The position numbers were made by a program, and so were the translations under genes. A stretch of 61,704 bases of DNA, the filler included. It is 7 parts of 7 records of this genome, joined end to end, with 100 filler letters (N's around TTAATTAATTAA, not from the genome) between each part and the next. Parts side by side here need not be neighbours in the genome. Positions count along the whole stretch, not along the records: positions 5,779 to 13,120 come from SRR31156797_20426; positions 13,221 to 18,363 come from SRR31156797_20430; positions 18,464 to 26,766 come from SRR31156797_20433; 4 more parts are not named here. One strand, written 5' to 3'. Below the pieces are notes generated by a model, which made no database searches, was not told where the DNA came from, and was given only the letters and a program-made list of their open reading frames with translations. Shown piece after piece: positions 10,675-20,256 of the stretch. Within the stretch, counting starts at the first letter, position 1; every line of letters begins with the position of its first letter.

Positions 10675-11961
10675 TCAGTAAGCCCAGTACTCGGACCACT
10701 TGGCGATGGCTTCGTCCACGGAGATCTCGCCCAGGAGGAGAGACTGCATGTACTGCTCCTGAACCTGTCCCCATCCGGGGTACTTGGGAGAATCCAGGGG
10801 GTACTTGATGAACTCGTAGGTATCGGTGTCGCTCATGGTCTTTTCCCATGCCTTGTACACGCCGGAGCTGAAGTAGGGATCGGAAGCGTAGGTAGCGCCG
10901 TGGATGGGCAGGGGGCCGTAGGCCTTACAGAACTCGGCGTTCTTTTCGGCGCCGGTCATATAGGAGAGGAAGTCCCAGGCGGCGTCGGCTTTCTCGGTGT
11001 AGCTGGGGATACCCAGACCGGCGAAGCCGTAGTCCAGGTAGGACTTGCCGCTCTTTCCCACGGGAAGGGGGATAACGGTGTAGTTATCTTCACCCAGCTG
11101 CTCGTTAACCAGAGCTACCGTATCGGGGTCCTGGATCAGGAAGGGAGTGGTTCCGGAGATGAAAGCGTTAACCTGCTCGTTGAATCCCCAGTTGACACCG
11201 TCGGAGGGAACGGCCTTCTGGAAAAGCTCGACATAGTCGGCAACGGCCTGACGGGCCACGGGATTATTGAAGGCGAACTTACCGTCGCTTGTCTTGTAGA
11301 CATTGCTGCTGTCGATGTTGTCCACATCGGAGAGGATCATAACGTCGGAGATCTTGAAGGCGCTTCCCTTACCGCGGAAACCGAAACCGAACTGGGCGGC
11401 GTTCTTTCCGGAGATCTCGATGGCCATCTGATACATCTCTTCCATGGTGGCGGGCATCTTGTCGTAGCCGTACTGCTTGAGGATGTCGGTTCTGACGAAC
11501 AGGGCCTTTACGAAGAAGAACTGGGGGATCAGATAGGGGGTGTTGTCCACGGTATTGGCCGCAGAGACGGCCAGGGGCAGGAGGTCGCCGGCCTCATCCC
11601 ATTTGTCCATATAAGAAGTCAGGTCCATCAGCTTGCCGTTGTTTACAAACTGCTTGACCGTATGGTCGCGAACCTCGATCACGTCCAGATCCTGGTTGGA
11701 GGTGAGCATCAGGGTGAGCTTATTGTCAGCCTGCTCGTAGGGGGGAGAGATCAGATTCACCTCCGTGCCGGGATTGGCGGCCTTGTAATCGTCGATGATG
11801 GACTGAATGGTGGCGGTTCTGCCGGGACTGGTCATGGTTTCGAAAAAGGTAAGGGAAACCTTTTCGTCTCCTCCGGCCTCCTGCTGGCCTCCGGCAAACA
11901 GGGGGGCTGCGAATACACACAGTACAAGAACGGTCATAAGAACATTCTTTAAGCTTTTCAT
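10675..11961 (-). CDS. Carbohydrate ABC transporter solute-binding protein
   Basis: Signal peptide ending LFAGGQQE (spirochaete style); start reassigned to MKSLK at 11961 after GGAG RBS. Confidence 0.92.
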   Translation of the reverse strand: MKSLKNVLMTVLVLCVFAAPLFAGGQQEAGGDEKVSLTFFETMTSPGRTATIQSIIDDYKAANPGTEVNLISPPYEQADNKLTLMLTSNQDLDVIEVRDHTVKQFVNNGKLMDLTSYMDKWDEAGDLLPLAVSAANTVDNTPYLIPQFFFVKALFVRTDILKQYGYDKMPATMEEMYQMAIEISGKNAAQFGFGFRGKGSAFKISDVMILSDVDNIDSSNVYKTSDGKFAFNNPVARQAVADYVELFQKAVPSDGVNWGFNEQVNAFISGTTPFLIQDPDTVALVNEQLGEDNYTVIPLPVGKSGKSYLDYGFAGLGIPSYTEKADAAWDFLSYMTGAEKNAEFCKAYGPLPIHGATYASDPYFSSGVYKAWEKTMSDTDTYEFIKYPLDSPKYPGWGQVQEQYMQSLLLGEISVDEAIAKWSEYWAY

Positions 11962-11979
11962 GAAAGACTCCTTATATTT

Positions 11980-12175
11980 TGGTACAGCCAAATTAAGATT
12001 TGGTATTACCATTTTTAAATTACAATCTGAATTTGTCAAGAATTATTATGAAATATCTTAATCTGGCGCTTTAAATTTCGGATCTACCTACAATAATGTA
12101 GTTTTATATCTCCAAAAATACTTTTCCTTGCATTCCGGGGAATGAATGGTATACTGGTCAGAAATGGTATTACCA
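11980..12175. promoter_or_regulatory. GntR-type operators TGGT-N3-ACCA in a divergent promoter region
   Basis: TGGTATTACCA at 12001-12011 and 12165-12175, variant TGGTACAGCCA at 11980-11990; TTGACA on the minus strand at 12034-12039; TTGCAT-N16-TATACT on the plus strand at 12128-12155. Confidence 0.75.
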
Positions 12176-12203
12176 AAATAGAGGACAATGGATCAATTCA
12201 GAT

Positions 12204-13120
12204 ATGAAAGAATACAAGTTCGAGCAGATCAGCAACACCATCAGGCATCAGATCGGCGGTGGATTCTGGAAACCAGGTGATAGAATATACTCAGAACGAC
12301 AGCTCGCCGAGATCCATGATGTGAGCAGGCTTACGGTCAAGAGAGCCCTGTCCACCCTCGTTTCCGAAGGCATTTTAGAGTACAAGGAAGGCAGGCAGGG
12401 TACCTTTGTAGCCGAGACAAGCGGTCCGGAAGAAACGATTGAGGATGACGAAAAAGGGGTGCGCTTCATTGGTGTTGCCGTCGACAACCATACGCCCGCA
12501 TTTGCTTCTCATATCCTTCAGGGGATTCATGACGGTCTCTGGCAGAATGGCTATCACACGATTTTCTGCAACACCTACCAGGAGAATGAGTCCATCCTTG
12601 AGCAGGTCCGCAGCCTCATAATACACACCAGGATCAGGGGATTTATATTCACGCCCCTCCTCGGACCCGGATCAAAGAAGGCCAACAAGGACATCCTGAC
12701 CCTGCTGGAAAATCACTCGATCCCCTGCGTTCTTGTTGACCGCTACCACACGGAAAGAGAGGATCACCGCATCACCTTGAACAACAGGGACAGTTTTCGA
12801 ACCCTTGCCGAATACCTGAGGGATAATGATTTTCATCGGATTCTCCTGGTGAACGGTTTCGAATCCACAAGCTCCGCCGACAGAGTGAAAGGAGTGTACG
12901 ATGTCTATTCTTCAGGGGAAGAGGACGATCTCTTTGCTATGCAAATAGATCTTGACGAACGGGAACTCCATCTCCACGGCACAATCCCCCAGCACATTAT
13001 CCGGGAGGTTGAGAGGAAGGGGCCCTTCAGCGCTCTGTTAGGCCTCAACCAGCAGCTACTGGATGCGGGCAAAAAGATCATGAAAGAGTTGAATCAGAAG
13101 GCCCTGACGGCGACCATCGT
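12204..13120 (+). CDS. GntR HTH fused to a LacI-type sensor domain (AraR-like), 3'-truncated
   Basis: PGDRIYSERQLAEIHDVSRLTVKRAL...GTFV followed by a periplasmic-binding-like domain. Confidence 0.9.
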
Positions 13121-13220
13121 NNNNNNNNNNNNNNNNNNNNNNNNNNNNNNNNNNNNNNNNNNNNTTAATTAATTAANNNNNNNNNNNNNNNNNNNNNNNN
13201 NNNNNNNNNNNNNNNNNNNN
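13121..13220. other. Artificial contig spacer
   Basis: N44-TTAATTAATTAA-N44. Confidence 0.99.
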
Positions 13221-13571
13221 CACTGGGACTTTGAAAGGGCCCTCCCCGTTCTGGGAAACAGGGCGCATTCTGTCTGGGGCAACCTGGAAAGGGCCTGCGA
13301 GTCGGGAACCCGGGTCCTGGCCAGGATCACTGTGATCCCCGGATTCAACGACTCCGAAGAGGACATGAGGGAATTCGCCCGCAGGATTCACCCTTACGGG
13401 GGGCTAAGAAACTTCCGATTCGAGATGCTTTACTACCATGAATACGGCAGAGAGAAGTGGGAGGCCATAGGGAAGGATTACCGTGGTCCCGAAGGCAGCA
13501 TAAGCCAGGAGAGCAAAGAGCGTTTCATAAAGATTTTCGAGGACAGGGGCATTCCGGTGGTCACGAGCTGA
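13221..13571 (+). CDS. Glycyl-radical activating enzyme (radical SAM), C-terminal fragment
   Basis: RITVIPGFNDSEED...LYYHEYGREKW, typical of PflA-family C-termini; lies directly upstream of the GRE. Confidence 0.85.
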   Translation, partial: HWDFERALPVLGNRAHSVWGNLERACESGTRVLARITVIPGFNDSEEDMREFARRIHPYGGLRNFRFEMLYYHEYGREKWEAIGKDYRGPEGSISQESKERFIKIFEDRGIPVVTS

Positions 13572-13641
13572 AGGCCCCTGGGCCCTGTCCCCAAAAAACA
13601 CCTGAGCGCCAGTGGCGCTTAGGATAATAGGAGTAAAAACA

Positions 13642-16059
13642 ATGGATTGGCAGAGGATATACGATAACGATAGAGCGGCGGAGCTGGCGGACGGCTTCTT
13701 CAGGGAGCAGAAGGAGACGACTGTCCTGAACGGCTGGTTCAGGGTGCTGGAGATCCACAAAGACCTGATGGGCGATCTCCCCGAGGGCCTTTCCCCTGAG
13801 ATGCTGGCGGCCAGGAAGCTCAAGGCCGTGGCGGAGAACCTGCCCTTGAGCATCAGCGCCTCCGCCGTATTCGCCGGCAGCCAGAACGACGCCTTCTCCA
13901 GCAGCTACGCCCTGATCCATCCCTCCTTCAAGGTAGAGGAGTTCAAGGGCTACTGCGATCCCCTGGCTGTTTTCAGCGACCTGGGCGAGGAAGAGGGAAT
14001 GACCCCCCAGCGGATCGAATCAGTTAAGGACTACTACGCAGGAACCGCCTATGTCCGGGACCTGAAGAAGGCCTACAGGGGCTGCACCGAACAGACCGAA
14101 GAGGCCCTTTTCTTTATCGAGCAGGTGACAGGCCATCTCATCCCCGACTTCTCCCGCCTGATAAGGGAAGGCAGCGAGGCCGTCAGGGCGGACATACAGG
14201 CAAGGATTGCCTCCGAGGGGGACGAAGAGAAGAAGGAGGCCCTCGGGGCCATGCGCATCAGCCTGGGGGCTTTGGAGATCCTGGCCGGCCGTTACAGGGA
14301 AATAGCCATGTCCCGCAGGGACGGGGAGAGCGATCCCCGGAGACAGCAGGAGTGGGATCTGATGGCCCGAACCCTGGAAAAGATCCCCCGGAAGGGAGCG
14401 GAAAGCCTCTACGAGGCCATCCAGTTCTACATACTCTGCTGGCAGACCATGTGCCTGGAGCAGAGCCCCAATCCCTACGCCTTCTCGGCGGGGAATATCG
14501 ACCGCCTTTTCGAACCCTACAGGGCGAATGATAAGGCGGACAGATCCGCAGCGGCCGGACTCTTCCAGGCCCTTCTGGCCTTCTACAATGTGGGAGACCG
14601 AAGCTGGGCCATATCCCAGAACATGCTGCTCAGCGGCAGAAGCATGGATGGAAGGGATCTGACCAACGAGACGAGCTACGCCTTGCTCGACGCGTTCTAC
14701 AGGGGACGCTACCCCCAGCCCATCCTCTCCATGCGCCTGCACAAGAACAGCCCTGAGAAGCTCTTCCGGGAGACGGGACGCTTCTTCTTCACCCCGGGGC
14801 AGCTGACCCCCTCCCTCTTCAACGACGACTCCATGCTCCCCATCCTGACGGAGAGGGGCGTAAGCCCCGAGGACGCGGAGAACTACGCCGTCGCCGGCTG
14901 CCAGGAACCCCTGGTCATGGGCAAGGACAACGGAAACACCACCAACAGCTGGCTCAACCTGGCCAAGGTACTGGAGCTCACCCTGAACGAGGGGCGTTCC
15001 ACCATCACCGGACGGAAGCTGGCCTCCTCTCCGGGGGAACTGGACGGAAAGGCAAGCTCCGGAGAGGCCGCGGAAGAACCGCAAGCCCGGGAGCTGCTCT
15101 TCCGTATCCGGGAGTTCTATTACAAGCAGCTGGATAAAACGATGGACGCCATGTGCGCGGCCGCCGACGACTGCAGCCGGGCCCTCTCCCATCTGAGGGT
15201 CCCCTTCCTCTCCTGCGCCATGGGAGGGATCGAGTCGGCTGTTGACCTGAGGAACGATAGGAAACAGGGCACCCCCTACAACGGCAGCGGCTGCCTGATC
15301 CACGGCCTCTCCGTCCTGGCCGACTCCTTCCGCGCCCTCTCGGACTATGCTGACAACAAAACTGAGGAGGAGTGCCGTACCCTGCTCAAGGCCCTGAAGG
15401 AGGATTTCAGGGACGCCGACTCCCTGCGCCAGTACCTGCAGGAGAGCGCCAAGTTCGGCAACAACGACGGGAGCGTCGACGATGAGGCGGCGGAGATCGT
15501 CACCCGGGTATCCGACAGGCTGAGGGAGAGAAGGAACTACCTGGGCAATCCCTTCCGCCCGGACTGGAGCTCTCCCTCCACCCACCTCCTCTACGGCTAC
15601 TGGACCGGTGCCACCCCCGACGGACGGCAGGCCAGGAGCATGCTGGGATACGGGGTGGATCCCCTCTACGGAGAGGCCACCACGGGCATGAACTCCCGGC
15701 TCCTCTCCCTCCGCAAGCTCCCCTACGAGAAGATGGACGGCGGCTGCGCCTGCCATCTGGGCATCAATCCCGCTTACTTCCCCGAGGAGAGCCTGGAGGA
15801 GAAGGGAGCGGCCTTCCGCCGCAGGGTACTGGATCCCCTGTTCAACCTCAGCGCCGGTTCGGAGCGCATAGAGCCCTTCTACCTCTATGTGAACGTCACA
15901 ACCGCGGACACCCTGCGCAAGCTGCTGGCGGATCCGGAAAAGTACGCCCCCTCGGGGGTCTACATCATGAGGATACACGGGACCTTCGTGAACTTCCTGG
16001 ACCTCTCGCCGGCCATTCAGGAGGACATCATCCTGCGCCTGGACAGCAGCGCGGCATGA
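13642..16059 (+). CDS. Glycyl-radical enzyme (PFL-like family), divergent
   Basis: GHLIPDF, SAGNIDRLFEPY, QPILSMR, Cys loop AGCQEP, KFGNND, GATPDGR, C-terminal MRIHGTFVNF...QEDIILR; start at ATG 13642 after AGGAG. Confidence 0.88.
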   Translation: MDWQRIYDNDRAAELADGFFREQKETTVLNGWFRVLEIHKDLMGDLPEGLSPEMLAARKLKAVAENLPLSISASAVFAGSQNDAFSSSYALIHPSFKVEEFKGYCDPLAVFSDLGEEEGMTPQRIESVKDYYAGTAYVRDLKKAYRGCTEQTEEALFFIEQVTGHLIPDFSRLIREGSEAVRADIQARIASEGDEEKKEALGAMRISLGALEILAGRYREIAMSRRDGESDPRRQQEWDLMARTLEKIPRKGAESLYEAIQFYILCWQTMCLEQSPNPYAFSAGNIDRLFEPYRANDKADRSAAAGLFQALLAFYNVGDRSWAISQNMLLSGRSMDGRDLTNETSYALLDAFYRGRYPQPILSMRLHKNSPEKLFRETGRFFFTPGQLTPSLFNDDSMLPILTERGVSPEDAENYAVAGCQEPLVMGKDNGNTTNSWLNLAKVLELTLNEGRSTITGRKLASSPGELDGKASSGEAAEEPQARELLFRIREFYYKQLDKTMDAMCAAADDCSRALSHLRVPFLSCAMGGIESAVDLRNDRKQGTPYNGSGCLIHGLSVLADSFRALSDYADNKTEEECRTLLKALKEDFRDADSLRQYLQESAKFGNNDGSVDDEAAEIVTRVSDRLRERRNYLGNPFRPDWSSPSTHLLYGYWTGATPDGRQARSMLGYGVDPLYGEATTGMNSRLLSLRKLPYEKMDGGCACHLGINPAYFPEESLEEKGAAFRRRVLDPLFNLSAGSERIEPFYLYVNVTTADTLRKLLADPEKYAPSGVYIMRIHGTFVNFLDLSPAIQEDIILRLDSSAA

Positions 16060-17099
16060 GAAACCGGGAGGGGGACACGCTCTACCAGAGGATCCGGCTC
16101 GATTTCTTCAGCAGGGTCTACAGGGGGGAGATTGAACCGGGCCAACCGCTCCCCGCCGAGCGGAAGCAGGCCGAAGAGCTGTCGGTCAGCCGGGGAACGA
16201 TCCGCAAGGCCCGGAAGATGCTTGAGGAGGAGGGCTTTATCGCCAACACCCAGGGCAGCGCCGCCGTCTACACCCCCCTGACCGGCGGGGGCCGGGGCAA
16301 AAGCGAGATCGTCGCGGCGGTGGTTCCGGTCCACAATCCCTTCTTCATGTCCTACTACAGGGCCTTCGAACGGGAGGCGGAGAAAGAGGACATCCTGGTG
16401 ATGATCAAGCAGCTGGACCACAGCAACGCCGGGCGACTGGAGAAGGTGCTCTTCTCCCTCTTCCTCAAGGGCATACGGGATATCGTTCTGTGGCCCTACG
16501 ACATCCGCCCGGCCTACGAGTATATTGAGAGGCTCAGCGGGCTGGGCATGAATATCATCCTCTTCGATACGGTCCGGGACGCCCCCTTCTGCGATTACAT
16601 CAGCGTGGATAACAGGCATGCCGTAAAGAGCCTTTACGACTGTCTGAAACAGAGGGATTGCACCGCCGTCACCTATATAGGTTGGGACACCGGCTCCCTG
16701 ACCAGCAACAGCGAAAGGGAGGCTGTCTTTCGTGATCTCTGCGATGCTGACGACGGGATCATCAGGCTGCCCTGGAACCAGGAGCTCCTCACATCCCGGC
16801 AGCTGATGGAAAATCCCCTGATACGGGAGCTGCTGGAAACGGACGGGAACAGGGGGATCCTCTGCGGAAACGGCAAGATAGGCATAACCCTGGAACAGCT
16901 GCTCATACAGAGGGGCAGAGACGATCTCCAGCTGGTCTCCATGGACAACTTCGAGGAGTCCGAGGCCCTGGGAATGACGGTCTATGAACAGCCCTTTGAA
17001 AGGATGGGCGCAAAGACATTCGAGATCCTCAGCCGAAGGCACCGGGGAAAGGATATGCCCGGCAAACACTACATAGAAGGAAGGTTGGTAGAACGATGA
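16056..17099 (+). CDS. GntR HTH fused to a LacI-type sensor domain
   Basis: PGQPLPAERKQAEELSVSRGTIRKA, then a sugar-binding-like domain; ATGA overlap with the GRE. Confidence 0.9.
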   Translation: MRNREGDTLYQRIRLDFFSRVYRGEIEPGQPLPAERKQAEELSVSRGTIRKARKMLEEEGFIANTQGSAAVYTPLTGGGRGKSEIVAAVVPVHNPFFMSYYRAFEREAEKEDILVMIKQLDHSNAGRLEKVLFSLFLKGIRDIVLWPYDIRPAYEYIERLSGLGMNIILFDTVRDAPFCDYISVDNRHAVKSLYDCLKQRDCTAVTYIGWDTGSLTSNSEREAVFRDLCDADDGIIRLPWNQELLTSRQLMENPLIRELLETDGNRGILCGNGKIGITLEQLLIQRGRDDLQLVSMDNFEESEALGMTVYEQPFERMGAKTFEILSRRHRGKDMPGKHYIEGRLVER

Positions 17100-18363
17100 A
17101 TCTGATAGGACTGGATATCGGCACGACGACGATCTGCGGAGTGCTCTACTCCCTGGACAAGAACAGGACCGTAAACACCCTGGTAAGGGACAACGGTTTC
17201 ATCAGCGGCCCCGAGGGGGAGTACCTGCAGGATCCGGACAGGATCTTCGCCGATCTGAAGGCCCTGCTGGATGAGCTGATCGACGGCGCCGCCGGCCCGG
17301 TAGGGGGCATCTCCCTCAGCGCCCAGATGCACGGCATCCTCTACACCGACAAAGAGGGCCGGGCGGTCACGCCCTTCTACACCTGGCAGAACCAGAGGGG
17401 GAACCGCCTGGAACAGGGCCGCCAGTTGGATACCTCCCTGACGGAGAAACTGGGGTATCCGGTCTACTCGGGCTACGGCTTCGTGACCCACTACTCCCTC
17501 CATCATGAAGGGCTGATCCCCTCTGAAGCCGTCCGGTTCTGCAATATCGGAGACTATGTCTGCATGCGCCTGGCCGGACGGAGGCTGCCCGTAACGGACC
17601 TGACCCTGGGAGCCAGCATGGGCATCGCCGACATACGCGGCGGCGGACGGTCCGCCGGCCTGAAAGAGACAGGGCTGGGGGACGATGAGAGGATCCCCGA
17701 ACTGGTCTCGTCCACAGAGCTCCTGGGCGAGTACCGGGGCGTTCCTGTGGTACAGCCCATAGGAGACAACCAGGCCAGCTTCCTGGGATCGGTGAAGGAC
17801 AAGGGCGGCAGCCTGCTGATCAACTACGGCACCGCAGGCCAGATCTCCTTTCACAGAGACAGCTACGCCGATTATCCGGGCTTTGAGACCCGGGCCCTGG
17901 GCAATGAGGGCTACATCCATGCGGCCTTCTCCCTCTGCGGAGGCAAATCCTATATGGTGCTTGCGAACTTCCTGAAGGAGACGGCCCTCCTCTTCGGGGC
18001 CCCTGAGGAGACCGATCCCCTGAAGATCATGGATGCCATGGATCTGGACTTCTCCAAGACACCGGACGGGGAGGGTGAACAGCGGATAGAGGCCCTTCCC
18101 CTCTTCCTGGGCGAACGGGGGAAGGCGGAGAGCTACGCCTTCTTCAGAAACATCACCGACTGGAACTTCAATCCCCAGAATACGGTGAGGGCCCTGGTCC
18201 AGGGTATGATAGACGAGCTCAAACGCTTCTACGATCCCCTTCCCCCGGAGGTACGCAGCCCCATCGGCACCCTGGTGGGAGCCGGGAACGGCATCAGGAG
18301 GAATCCCCATCTGATCAGGGCCGCCTCCCAGTCCTACGGCATGCCCCTCTCCCTGCTGGATTT
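17096..18363 (+). CDS. FGGY-family carbohydrate kinase (sedoheptulokinase-like), 3'-truncated
   Basis: GLDIGTTTI, SAQMHGI, YTWQ, GDNQASFLG, LINYGTAGQIS, PLFLGER. Confidence 0.85.
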
Positions 18364-18463
18364 NNNNNNNNNNNNNNNNNNNNNNNNNNNNNNNNNNNNN
18401 NNNNNNNTTAATTAATTAANNNNNNNNNNNNNNNNNNNNNNNNNNNNNNNNNNNNNNNNNNNN
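18364..18463. other. Artificial contig spacer
   Basis: N44-TTAATTAATTAA-N44. Confidence 0.99.
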
Positions 18464-18604
18464 ATCATATGATCCAATAATCTACATGCGTTCACCCTGT
18501 ATCAGCGGGTTTGAAAAGGAATTGAGGTTGACTTTGGAACAATGTTGATTGATAGTAATTTTATGAACACCATTCAGCAATCAATAAAAAAGAGGAGGTA
18601 ATCC

Positions 18605-19309
18605 ATGATTTCAAAACAATTTGGTTGGCTGTTTTTGGTAATCACAATGGTTATACCCCTGTTGTTCGCCCCCATGGCGGCCGCCGAAACCTGGAGGATC
18701 ACCTCCCTGGACTGGCAGCCCTATTCCGGATCGGACATCAAGGACCAGGGCAAATCAATCGCAATCCTCAGAGACATTCTTACCCGGCACGACATTGAAT
18801 TGATCGTAGAGTTCTATCCCTGGAAGCGGGCCCAGAAACTTGCGAAAACCCGAAAATATGTGGGATATTTCCCCGCCTGGCCCGAGGAGGTGGCACCGGG
18901 ATTTCTCCCGTCCCTCCCGGTGGACTGGTCCTACATCGGTGTCCTGACCTACACGGGATCAAACCTTGCCTGGGAGAGCATCGACACGCTATATGAAGCA
19001 AACAAGGTGATCACCATTTCCACCTATGTCTATCCCACGGAGATCGAAAACGCCATGAAACGGTTTCCCGGAAATGTCATCACCTCTCCCGACGAAACCC
19101 TTTGTGCAAAGATGCTGGGTAAAAAGCGGGCCAGGGCCGCCATCACCGATCCCGACGTGATGCTTTACAACGCCCAGAAGGAGGGGATCAAAAACATCGA
19201 AATTCTGAAAAAAAATCTTCAAAAGAAAGAACTTGTCATCGCGTTCAGGGATGACGAGGCCAACAGGCAGAGACTCGAATTCCTGAACAAAATTCTCACT
19301 GAAAAATAA
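18605..19309 (+). CDS. Periplasmic solute-binding protein (family 3-like), copy 1
   Basis: Signal peptide (AAA-E); LDWQPYSG, FYPWKRA motifs. Confidence 0.85.
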   Translation: MISKQFGWLFLVITMVIPLLFAPMAAAETWRITSLDWQPYSGSDIKDQGKSIAILRDILTRHDIELIVEFYPWKRAQKLAKTRKYVGYFPAWPEEVAPGFLPSLPVDWSYIGVLTYTGSNLAWESIDTLYEANKVITISTYVYPTEIENAMKRFPGNVITSPDETLCAKMLGKKRARAAITDPDVMLYNAQKEGIKNIEILKKNLQKKELVIAFRDDEANRQRLEFLNKILTEK

Positions 19310-19486
19310 CCCTTGCCAAAGCCCCCGGCCCCCATTCCCCAGGGGTGTCACAGGGCTGTTATCAGCGGGTTTGGAAAAGAATTATGGTTGACTTTGAAAT
19401 GAAGTTAAACCATACTATTTTTTAAATCTGATTCAGGGTTCGACAGGAAACAAAGACCTTGGGGGACAACGATAAGGAGACGCTGC

Positions 19487-20191
19487 ATGGTTTTCAAACA
19501 ATTTGGCTCGCTTGTATTGGTTGTCACCATTGTTGCGCTCCTGCTGGTTCCAACCCTGGCCGTTGCCGAGACCTGGAGAATCACCTCCCTGGACTGGCAA
19601 CCCTATTCAGGATCGGACATGCGGGACCAGGGAAAATCAATCGCAATACTCAAGGAAGTTCTTGCCCGGAACGGCATTGAACTGATCGTTGAATTCTACC
19701 CCTGGAGACGGGCCCAATACCTTGCCAGGCAACCGCAATACCTGGGATATTTTCCGGCCTGGCCCGAGGAGGTGGCAGAGGGGTTTGTGGCGTCTCCCCC
19801 GGTGGACTGGTCCTACATCGGAGTCCTGACCCCCACCGGCTCCAACCTTGCCTGGGAAAACATTGACAAACTCTATGAGAACCACAAGGTGGCCACCATC
19901 GTAACCTACGCCTATCCAAAGGAAATCGAAGATGCCATGAAACGTTTTCCCGGCCACGTCATCACCTCTCCCAACGAAACCCTTTGCGCGAAGATGCTGG
20001 TGGGAAAACGGGCTGAGGCAGCCATCACCGATCCCAACGTGATGCTCTACAGCGCAAAGCAGGTGGGGATCACCAATATAGAAATTCTTAAAAAGGATCT
20101 CCGGAAAAAGGCGCTTGTCATCGCGTTGAGAGATGACGACGCCAACAGGGAGAGAATCGAGTTTTTGAATAAAATTCTCACTGAAAATTAA
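19487..20191 (+). CDS. Periplasmic solute-binding protein (family 3-like), copy 2 (tandem paralogue)
   Basis: Same length (234 aa) with long identical stretches shared with 18605-19309. Confidence 0.85.
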   Translation: MVFKQFGSLVLVVTIVALLLVPTLAVAETWRITSLDWQPYSGSDMRDQGKSIAILKEVLARNGIELIVEFYPWRRAQYLARQPQYLGYFPAWPEEVAEGFVASPPVDWSYIGVLTPTGSNLAWENIDKLYENHKVATIVTYAYPKEIEDAMKRFPGHVITSPNETLCAKMLVGKRAEAAITDPNVMLYSAKQVGITNIEILKKDLRKKALVIALRDDDANRERIEFLNKILTEN

Positions 20192-20256
20192 CCCCTGCCC
20201 AACCCCCCTCGCCCGGAGTTCGCTGGTTGCCAGGAGATCCCAAGGAGAGAAGCCAG

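Noticed and set aside
14020-15978. 652-aa antisense ORF, and similar long antisense ORFs at 20581-22092, 32683-34392 and 53465-54796
   Set aside because: Shadows of high-GC3 genes on the opposite strand; no motifs or RBS
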